Of a stretch of 64,000 nucleotides of DNA, positions 47,423 to 57,701 are shown piece after piece. How positions within the stretch are numbered: position 1 is the first letter of the stretch; every line of letters begins with the position of its first letter. The stretch is from Neophaeotheca triangularis (taxonomy: Eukaryota), in assembly GCA_054600435.1 (NCBI GenBank), contig BAAIJX010000022.1:248001-312000 (forward strand), in the 5' to 3' direction. Both the position numbers and the translations under genes were made by a program. The notes under the pieces are model-generated. The model made no database searches. It worked only from the letters and a program-made list of their open reading frames with translations, and was not told where the DNA came from.

Positions 47423-49132
47423 GTTGAAGCTGTCAGCCGTGTCTGGCTTGAAGATGTAGGTTGAAGGGTCGGTTTGAGGGAGAAGGGGGAGTCAATCATA
47501 GGATTGGAATTGAGTGAGAGAGTAAGGTGGTAGAGATATGGTTGGAATGGGAGTGCAGAAGAGAACAAGAAGCAGCAGTAGCAGCAGTTGTGTCTTAACT
47601 AGTACCTGAGGTCCTGTTGACAGCTTTTAGATGATCCGCGGCCAAGCGGCAACACGTGCTTGTGCTTGTGCAAGCTGAAGGGAGGTTGAAGACCAAGACA
47701 CCCGACGGGACTACTAGTACTGAACTACTTACTGACCCGACGAAGAGTCCTCGGGCTGTCTTCCAAGCTCCTCCCGCTCGTCTACTACTACTGTACGTAC
47801 GGCGTAAGTTAAGACGTCATCCCTCTATCCACTTTCACTTTCCCGTCCCTACTACTACTTTCACTCTCATCCACCCCCACGCACCCCCGAGAGGCATTGC
47901 TTCTTCCGCCCAAGCGAGCGCCTACCTAGCTACCGGAGGTACTACTGTCTACCTAGGTACTTAGTATTTCACGAATACTGTAGAAACCAAGCGTACATAG
48001 GTCCCAATAGTAAAGAGGAACACGACAAACCCCCCTCCTCCCCCCCCCCCACCTCGGCTCGGATACCCAACGAATAAAACTCCACCCTACTCGAACCTCG
48101 ACCACCTGCATCCCTAGGCACAGCAAGCTAACAAGCACAGCCCACAATAATAACTAATAACGCGCAGCCCGCGAGCTCAACCAACAAACGAAGAAGCCCC
48201 TTGGCCCCCTCCCGTCGCCGCTTTCGGAAGGTACGCAACTAGCCAACCCAAGACGCACAGCTACAGGCTAGGCAAGGTAGTAACAAGTAGTAGGTAAGTA
48301 CAGGCCTGAAAAGCCGTATGTACATCAACATGTCACCGCGCCCCGCTCTTTCTTGCCCTGCGTTTGTCGTCGGCGTGGTTTTGCAGAACGAAAGGAGGGG
48401 GCCGGTTCCGGTTCCCAGCAATAATGACTCTCCTTGACTTCCCGAGCCTAACTACATAGCCTATAGGTACCGTTCGTACTGTAATTGTGCACGAGAGGCC
48501 CGATGGCGGCGGCGGCGGCGTGGGATTCCGCCGTGGGATTATTCTTGCTTGCTTGCTTGCTTTTCTTCGCTCTCGGGTAGCCTACTGCAGTGGTAGATAG
48601 AGGTGGAGTTGACAGGCGGCTGCAACCTAAGGCTAGCCGGCACTGTCTCCGGAGCTGCTGTCTTGAAGTAATCGAGGCGGGTTCTGGGAAAACAGGGGTT
48701 GGAGCTATAGTAGTGGTGGGTTGGGGATTTTCTTTTTCTCCGTTTACCCGGTGGGTTTGGACTTGGGAGCGGTTTGGCTGAGTACTGGGGTCACTTGGCT
48801 TGGGTGAAGGCTTGTCGGTTCCAATGATATAGGGGATTTTGACTGTCTGTGGAGATGACTCGGGAGAAGTGGACTTTTTCCCTTAGGATGTGTCGCTTTA
48901 ATGAGACAAAGGTGTGCTGGAGAATGAAGCGCTGCTGTCACTATTTTCTCCGTTCAGTCGAGGGGGGGTCTTGGTACAAGCAACGAAAATGGCACCAACA
49001 GTGGTACATCTTTTGTCTCTTCAATTCTCCCACACAGGCGAACTACCACACCGCCTTACAGAAGTACAAGTCATCCAAGTTGCTGCGCCCCTTTCACTAC
49101 CATGACTTCCCTTACCCAGAAGCCCGGCAGCA

Positions 49133-50506
49133 TCACCTCCCACGACCCCTCCCTCTACCCCCTCTGGCCCCACCCCTCCCTCCCCTCCCACCACCACCTT
49201 TCCCACCCCTCCCGGGCCCTCCAACCCGCTCATACAGCCTCTCACCCCCGAACCCGGCATCCCCTAGCCTCAAATAACTCACAACCCCCCTATCAACAAC
49301 GGCCAACACCACCGACTTCCATCCCTGCCTCAGCCTCCCATACATCTGCCCTCCCTCTCTAGGCGGGAAGTAAGGTTGGCGGGAGATTAAATCATCCATT
49401 TGTTGCAGCGAGGGCATGCATGTCGTCGCGGCGTTGAGAACGACGAGGACGAAGTCCGGGGCACCGGGGGCGGTTTTGCGGAAGTGCGGGTTGGAGGGTT
49501 TGTAGAGGTGGAAGGTGGGGAGAAGGCGGGAGGAGGGGGCCGGCGTCTGCGGGTATGGATTGTTGAGGGGGTGGTGGCTGGGGATTAGGTGCAGGAGGGC
49601 GTAGATTTGGGGGTAGGTTGTGTACGTTGCTGGGGGGACTAGGGGGCCGGTTTTGGCGCGGGAGGGAGAGGGGTTGCTTCTGGGGAGGAGGATACTGTAG
49701 AGGCTGCGGAGGAGGCCGAGGTGCCAAGTTCGTATTGCTGGTTGGGCTGGGGGGTAGGTTTCGGGGCCTGGGGGTGGAGGAGGGCCTGTCGGGTTCCAGG
49801 TTGGGGCGCGTAGGATTGTGTAGCCCATGCGTTTGAGCCCGGCGTAGACGGCGTAGCGCTCAAAAGTTAGGTGGCCGTTTATGGCTTCTTCGCCGCCGAC
49901 GAACATTGCGTAGGCTGCTTGGAGGGACATTGGAGGACCTTGGTCGTCCGCGGGAGCGTCTGGGTCTAGGGAAGGCCACCTCACGTCAAGGGTTCCGCGC
50001 TCGACAAGGTAGAGGGCTTCTTCTGGTAGCAGCCAGATGCGTTGGCCACGGCGTTTGTCATTTCCTAAAGGATCTTGGGCAGCGGGTAGCACTTGGCCCA
50101 TTTTGGCGAAGTGTGGACCTTTGGGGTTGTAGGCGTAGGCCATGTTGGTTTCGGGGTGGTAGGTGGCGGTAACGTGAGATTTAGGTTGATGTATCCGTTC
50201 GTGGGCTAGAGCATTGTGCATTGCCTGTCGCGAGGCGGCCAGACTGTTGTCTTGGAGTTTGGTTGCATGAGGTTCAAAGTCTTTTTCGCCTCGTTTGGGG
50301 ATTTTGGGCGCATCTTTGGAGGAGCTGAGGTGGGTGTTAGATGGGAGAAGTTGTACATGTGATTCCACTTTCAACTAGAGATGAATTGTGCATACATACG
50401 AGAAGTTTGCAAGGAATCGAAAATCTTGCGTCTCATCAGAGAGGTCGATATCTTCACCTACTGAAGGCCCATTCTTGGGGATGGTATCCTCATCTGCGTC
50501 GGCCAT
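49133..50506 (-). CDS. SEN54: tRNA-splicing endonuclease subunit Sen54; exons 50506-50400, 50324-49133
   Basis: DLSDETQDFRFL exon joined through intron 50399-50325 (GTATGT..CTAAC..CAG) to IPKRGEKDFEP; WLLPEEALYLVERG, SLQAAYA, Y.VYA.LKR.GY, LAVVD.GVVSYL. Confidence 0.92.
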
Positions 50507-51017
50507 GGGGGGTGGGGAGTGGTAGTGTCTGTCTGGATTATCGTAAAGCCGGAAGCGTCTGATAGGAGAAGCCTTTGGTCGTGTTGAAGCTTGTCGAGAT
50601 GTCTATATCACAATCTTGTCCTTTCCTGTATTGTAGTTGCTGCAATTGAATCGACCGAAGGAGTAGGTGTATTATTTTGGTGTCGATATCTGCTCTACAG
50701 CAACACGCCAAACTGCTGTCGCAAAACCTCGACTTGCCGGTGACAAGTAGCTGTAAACACTGAATTGGGAATGGAGACGTATCAGTATCTTGTATTAGAT
50801 TCAACTATCGTTCATGGCAGGCCATGTTGCTGGAGTGAGTCGTCGGGTTTTCAGAAATCTGCTACTCCAACTCGAACCCTGAGAATCCACCCCGGAGAAG
50901 CCGCGGAGGAGACCGACTAGACCACGACTTGCCAACTGCATACACCAGACGAAAGTCGGATGGTGAACATCTTCTGCCACGAAAGCAGGCAGGCATCGCA
51001 ACACCAACCACGACAAG

Positions 51018-52447
51018 ATGAGCGCACCCAGGACATACGAGTGCCTGTCGTGCCGCCTGCGAGGCTCCATCCCGGACGCAACGAAGTATGGCCGACGACA
51101 ATTCCACGCCTCGACAGCCGCAAAAGCACGCCAGAAGCCAAAGAACACTCGAGGCAAACCTGCATACCCTAACGTCAAGGCCGTCGACATGGGTCTGGTT
51201 GAGGCGCGAGTCGACCAACTAGCATCTGGCCTCCGACCCTACACGCCGCGAGAGAAGCAGCTGCTCGCGCTCAAATATACCCCGGAACAGATTGAAGCAA
51301 TTGAAGAGGGAGAAAAGGCCATCGATCCGAGGGATATCGTCAAACAAGGCCGGCCCCGTCAAGACTACATGCGACTTAAATACCGCGACGACCTCTCTAA
51401 AATCTCTCCCCTCATCGACCACCCCGTAAAAGCGCCCGACGCCGACATCGACCCTGAAATCCGAGCCCGCACCGACGATGAAATGTTGGAGGCCTTTGCC
51501 AAATGGCACGACACCTCCTACACCAAACACGCCGAATGGGAAGCGAGGCGGGAAAGCGGCGAGCCCATGCCGCAAGAGTTGGTCAAGAGCCTCTCGGACA
51601 AGATCAGGAATCCGAGCACCACGCCCGAAGAGCGCCGCAAAGCCGTCATCGAGCTGGATGAGCTGGACGAGGGCATCGACCCCATGGCCGGTTTCGAGCG
51701 CATGGCTGGCGACCCCAGCACTTTCATGCACTCGCCCAAAGGCACGCTCGACTCGCAGCAAGACCACCTCGCACCCGAGATACCGAAGATGAATACCCCG
51801 GGCTTGCAATTCGACACGGAAGAGGTCGACCCCCGAATGGAGCGCTTGCTCAAGCAGACGGGACTAGACGAGGATGAAGTGAAGAGACTCCGCGTCAAGA
51901 ACCTCGTCTACCACCGTGTTGTCAACCAGACGCGGTTGGGCAAGATCCAGAGTCTGTACTTCCTGACCATTGCCGGGAACCAACAAGGTATGTTGGGTGT
52001 GGGTGAGGGCAAGGCGGCGGAAGAAGAAGATGGCAGGAGGCAGGCCATGATGGCCGCAATCCGGAACATGAAGCCCATTCCGCGGTACGAAGGGAGGACG
52101 ATTTTCGGCGAGGTCGAGGGCAAGGTGGGCGCTAGTGTTGTCAAGCTCAGCGCCAGACCACCAGGTAAGAATACAGCAAAACATCCACTGTGCAGGTTTC
52201 ATTCCATTGCTAACGTCTCACGTCAGGTTTCGGAAACCGCTGCCAACACCTCATCTTCGAAGTCGCTCGCGCGGCTGGCATTTCGGATCTCGCCGCCAAA
52301 ACTCCTCGCTCGCGTAACAAGATGAACGTTGTCAAGGCTACTTGGGAAGCTCTCATGTCTCAACGTCTGCCGGAAGATGTCGCGAGGGCTAGAGGCAGGA
52401 AGCTTGTCGATGTGCGAAAGGTGTATTATGGGGGTGCGGTAAATTGA
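51018..52447 (+). CDS. MRPS5: Mitochondrial ribosomal protein uS5m; exons 51018-52164, 52227-52447
   Basis: RVVNQTRLGKIQS.Y.LTIAGN..G.LG.GEGK, IPRYE.RTIFG. Intron 52165-52226 gives RPPGFGNRCQH.IFE..RAAGISDL..K..RSRN.MN.VKA..ARARGRKLVDVRKVYYGG. Confidence 0.94.
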
Positions 52448-52953
52448 GTGTGCAGTTCCGAAGCGGCGGTGTTGGGATCTAGCGAGAGCTGTGGGGTGGA
52501 CACTGTACTCCACTGGCCCTGTGCTGTACGCCTAGGAAATGTTTTGTAGATTTGTACAGTAGGACTTTTGCAACTGTCTTTCGCCGCGACGCAAACACGA
52601 AACTTGTACCAACACCCAGTAGCGAGTTCGTGAGCAAGCCTCTACACAGGGGGTATCGCAAACTCCAAAACCTCCCCATAACGCCACTTGCCACAACACC
52701 AGATACGCAAAAACGCAGCACTTCCGCAACGAGCCAGCAAGAAAAAGAAGGAAACCCAACCCAGAGCACCCCTGCCCTCAGCATCTATAGCGCTCTCCAA
52801 CCCCGCTCCACTCCGCCCTGCTCCCTCTCACCCCATGGCCGAAAGGCACTCCACCCTTCTTAAACAAAGAAACCCACAAAAGACACACCCTCGTCCACCG
52901 AACCCCACCCCCCTCAACAAACTCCCCCGCCAACCCTTTCCCATCCCCCTGCC

Positions 52954-53627
52954 TTACCCCTCCGACACCCCCTGACTCCCCTCCCCCTCATCCCCGAAAA
53001 TCTCCTGCTGCAACACAATCGAATAAACACTCGCCTTGAGCAGCGTAAACACGGTTGAAGTCTTTCTCTCCAGCCCGCGGAGCGAGTCCAGAATCCCCGC
53101 AGACGGGTTGTTGGCGAGGTGGGCGAGGAGTGCGGAGAGCTAAGGGGCGGAGTGGTTAGTTTTGAAGACGTGGGGGTTTCGGGGTTTTGGACAAGAGGGG
53201 TTTAGATGAGAGGGAGGTTTTGATCAGAGAGGATAGGGGGTTGGACCCGGGGGAATCTACGAGCCTGGTGAAGGCCTCCTGGGGACGAACGCTCGCCCCG
53301 CCCTCCCTCGCAAGTCTGTCGGTGCCCCAACTCAACTCCCAGAACTAAGGACCCCCCCTGCTCAACCCTTGACCCCGACCTAAGCCACGGAGGAAAACCG
53401 TAGCATTCCGCACCAAAACAAAATCAGAGAATCAAAGACTCGGAAGCACAGTCGAGGAAAAGAAGCAAACACACCTCATCCAGATTCCCAACCAATTTCG
53501 AATACTCATCCAGAATCTCCTGTTCCAGGGGACTGATCTCATCTTCTTCCGCATTGCCATTACCATCGTTGTGACGATTGTGGGCAGTGGGAACTCCTCC
53601 TCCTCCTCTGGCGGCGGCGTCGTCCAT
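52954..53627 (-). CDS. DAD3: DASH/Dam1 kinetochore complex subunit Dad3, 112 aa; exons 53627-53475, 53139-52954
   Basis: SPLEQEILDEYSKL..NL joined by a phase-0 intron (GTGTGT..ACTAAC..TAG) to LSALL..L..ILDSLRGLERKTSTVFTLLKASVYSIVLQQE. Confidence 0.92.
53217..53419 (-). ncRNA. Candidate structured RNA element inside the DAD3 intron
   Basis: Nested stems by eye on the pre-mRNA strand, many with G-U pairs; no known family recognised. Confidence 0.35.
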
Positions 53628-54531
53628 TCTGTCTGTCTGTTTGTCTACCAGAAAGGCGGGCGGTGTTTGGTTGATTGTTTGGCTGGCTTGATTTGGAGCA
53701 GGGGCCACTTTTTGAGTCGGGACTTGTTGGGAATTGCAATTTGGTCGTCGAAGTATGTTTGGGTCCGTCTCGAGAGCTTTCAAATGTGTAGAAGTGTGTC
53801 TATGTACGCGCTTCAAGGCGCGTGTGTGGTTGGACGCTCGTGTGAGATGGAAATATAATTGGCCAGCCCCTCGACACGCTAGTACAGGGACGGCTGGCTG
53901 AGGACGTGGGGGCAAGTGTCGAGATGATGGACGTTCCAGACAATCAGCGAGAGTGAGAAGGCTATCTACAAACCATGTTTTTCAAGTAGGCGCGCGCTGA
54001 GATGCGAGCCCATGAAACAGTGAAGGAACAATGGAATGCATGAGGTAAATTGTTAACACTTTGGTCTGCCCCTATCGAGCGAGCTGTTTGCGTCTGGCAA
54101 ACACTGTTCTATGTAAAGATTCCGCTATGGCACTACTGCGCTGATGTGGCATGTTCCTCGCTAATCCCAACGCCAACGCCCACATGCTGGTCTCCATGGA
54201 ACAAACGTTGCAACACCTCCAGCTGAGGTGATGCCGCAGATGCAAGTATTCCTCGCCGATGCCTTGCGTGGTGTGTACGCCGTCAGTGCAGCGGCTGGAT
54301 CCGTTGCTAAGAAGAATCTCCTTGACGGGTTACGCTTGCATCGCAGTCGCAGATCGTGCTGGGGAGGGGGGAACCGTCCTATATGCATCGAGCCCCTCGG
54401 ACAGACAGAAAGAAAACACATCGTAATCCCATCGACTCCAAGCACCAACACAGCAGCTCTTCCTCAAACTCAAACTCCCCAGATCCGTCAACCCACCAAA
54501 ACATCCTCATAGTGTGTGCGGCACATCAGCC

Positions 54532-56601
54532 TCACAAATCCACATCGACCTCCTCAGGCGAATCATCCACCCACCCAAGCTGCGTCTTGAGCCCCACTCT
54601 CACGTCGCGCAGACAGCACAACACAAGACAAATGGCCAAAACATTCCAGACGTCATGAGCCGGAGCAGCAAGGTCGAGCATAAATACCACCTCAGCGTTG
54701 CCAGGGTCACTCTCGCCATCGGAAGGCGCGCGCATAGCAGTGAGAGCGACAATGGTGTTTTTGAGAACCAAACAGTAAGCCGTCGGAAGCTCGATGAGGT
54801 ACTGAGGGGAACTGGAAGCGGCGGTCTCGACGGAATCGGCGACGACGAAATTGCGTTTGTACTGCTCGATGATTGCGCGCATTTTGGCATCGACTTCGGG
54901 CTCGAGTTCTTCATCGGTGGTGTTTGCGGGCTTGACGACGTAGGCTAGGAGCGGGGGAAAGACCTGGTCGGAGAGCTGGGTCCGCATGTCCGAGTCGCGG
55001 CGCGTCCATTTCTCCACCACGCCGATCATCTCGCGAGCTTTTTGCTCGGGGCGTTTGATGTATTTGCCTAGTTTGCCGGTCGTTGGGTTGTAGTTGTTAG
55101 GGTCTTCGAGGCGGGCGGCGGCTTCGCGCACGTATTGGCCGAGTTCCATGAATCTGCGCAGCATGTTGAAGCCTCCTGGGTGCATGTTGCGGATGCTGCG
55201 GATGGGAACCGGTGGGCAGCCGGCAGGTTCTTTGTCGCCGTCATAGGATTGTGAGAAGAGGACGCGAGGGAGCCATCTGAAGTCTTCGAACCAGGCGGAT
55301 GGAAGGAGGGCCTCGAAACCGCGGTCTTGGAGGTGGTTGATGATCTTAATATGAGAGGCGTTGTGGCCGGCAGAGGAGAGCTCTGCGGCGCTGATTTGAC
55401 GACAGCGGTGTGCCGGATCTGTGATGTCGACGTAGTCTTTCTGGCCTGGAACGCGATGGACGTACTCAGAGGGCGAAAGAACTTCCGTCTGGTCGAGGAA
55501 GGAGGCGAGATTTTCTACGTCTTCGTCGGAGTCGTCCTCGACTGGGCTTGACTCGGCGGCTTCGGCGGCGTCCTCCTCATCGGGGAGGGTGGTCTCGTCG
55601 TTGGCGTCGTCGTCGGAGCCTTCCTCGCCTTCGTTAGCGTCGTCCTCGTCTTCATCATCCCCCTCCTCGCCGGAGTCCGGCTCCTCACTGTGATCGCTGT
55701 AATCACCTGGGGTAGAATTGAAATATTGGGTGGAGCTACCGTAATCGGAGGAGTCGTCTTCTGACTTGACCTCAGCGTTGTCATCGTTGTCATCCTCATT
55801 GTCGTTGCTGTCGCCGTCTGAGGCCTCGTCGTCGGCGCCGTCTGTGTATTCTCACTTGTCAGTAATGTCTTCAGCAACTCATCATCCTGCGTGCTATCCG
55901 AACCCTCCGCCACGCCCTATTCCACCCCACCAACGTCACCGTCGCACACAACCTTGCGTGCGCCTTCGCAAGCGATTCATTAGCTAGGAGTCGTCGTCCC
56001 AGCCTGGCAAGTTCAGAGGATATTCATCCTCAGCGCTCTGGCTCTCGCTGTTGGCAGGGACGACATCCTCCATAGCGTCATCCTCCTCGTGCTCGTACAA
56101 GCGGTAGATATCGCGGAGCCACTCGTCGCTGTCCGCCTCAAGCGCTGGGAGAAGGGGACTCTGCTCAGACTCACCAGATTGCTCCTGCTCGGACGTCTCC
56201 TCCTCCTCCATCTCGACGTCTTCTTCCTCACCCAAAGATGAGGTTGGAGTGGGGCTGCGAAGCCCGATCCTGTTCATCGCGCCGGTTAGGTCCGACTGCT
56301 GGTCTTGCTGCTGCCCCCCGGCGGGCTCGTACTCATTCTCGCTGCTCATCTTAGCGTCCTCGTCCTTCTTGCCTTTCTTCTTGCTAGGCTGGGCGGGGGA
56401 GAAAGGGGAGTCGTCACGCTTGCGCTTATCGCCGGGGCGACCGCTGGGCGAAGACATGTTGCTGTTGAAGGGGCGATGGCGTGCGAATGTCTTGGTAAAA
56501 TCTTGAGTCTGCTGAGGGGAAGTGCGTCTTTCTGTGGTTGATGTCTTTGGTGGAGAGAGGTAGGACCAGAAAGAGGTTGAGACGCGGTGGAGGAAAGACA
56601 T
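54532..56601 (-). CDS. Uncharacterised fungal protein with long acidic linker; exons 56601-56175, 55841-54532
   Basis: GTGAGT donor at 56174 and CTGAC..CAG acceptor at 55842 join in frame. Exon 2 is open for ~436 codons: a D/E tract followed by a globular RGFEALLPSAWFEDFRWLPRVLF...DVWNVLAICLV domain. Confidence 0.75.
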
Positions 56602-57701
56602 TGTGAAAGGAGAAAGTAAGAGGAGTGGAAATTGGCGTGGGTGAGGACGGGGACTGTGCACGGTGCGGGGTGTAGAGGGTGAGGTGAGGTTGAGGAAGAA
56701 GATCACTTAGGCAGCAGGATGGGCAAAGATGGCATGTTGAAGTGAGGTGAAGACCATGGCCGTCGAAACGGTATCGCCTCTATGGTGAGGTATCCCTGGA
56801 TGGCGATGCATTGGGCGAAGGTGATGAATGGCCGCATCTGGCATAGTCAGACGGGGCTGTATTCGATTATCTAAGATACCTACTTAGGCAATGTCACGTA
56901 CGACGGAAGAGGCAACAATGGCTTTGAATGGGTCGAGGTTTGATAGTGTCTCATTCTGTCTTTGTCCTCGCCATCAAAGACAGATTAGGTAGAGAGGAGG
57001 GAGAGAGTAGTGAAGGGAAGCTGTCCAGGTCTGCCCTTGGCTGGCGTTTGCGATAGCCGCCGGAAACAGCTCCCCTGCTCCACCTGCCCACATTCCGACG
57101 ACCACCTGCACGGTGCGGTGCCGGCCGGACAGGCGCGCGCCCTGATCTAAACCCATATTAGCTCTAGCTCAAAAGCCAAGATTTCGGGGATATGACATCT
57201 CCATTCTTTTGGATATCCAAGCTGGAGCTGTTGAAACATTTCCTCTGCTCTCTCTGCTTTGCGCCGGCTCGACTCTCACCACAACAACATCCATCGAGCG
57301 CAATCCAAAGTGCTTGAACGCGAGCTAGACTGCCAAGCTTCATGGTGGGGTGCTTTGTTTGTGCACGTGATCCCGTAGCGTTGTTGACGAGGGGCTGGCG
57401 CAGGCTACAACTTAGCTTGACGCGCCTACAACAGCCAGCTTCCAACCCCTCCTCTGCCTTTCCACCAATCCAACAAACACACCAACCACGAGAATACGCA
57501 CATTGACATTGGGAGACATCAGTATCGAGACTGCACCATTGTCATCAGCTTCATCACCGCTACCACGAAACCCCGCATCAGCACGCATTTCCACAGTGAA
57601 AGAGCACGCACGCGCGAAAGAACAGAAACACTCGGGAGCAAGAGCAAAAATATTATCAGACACGTGTACACCCAAGACTATCGAGTCGCACTCAGAGTAG
57701 C

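Noticed and set aside
48294..48460. Plus-strand GTAAGT..CTAAC..TAG intron-like signal upstream of CHO2
   Set aside because: No ORF or RNA motif to attach it to; cannot be distinguished from chance without transcript data.
53140..53474. TPP riboswitch or box C/D snoRNA in the DAD3 intron
   Set aside because: No CUGAGA/AUACC/CUUGAU TPP core; a CUGA is present but there is no RUGAUGA box C. Kept only as an unclassified structure.
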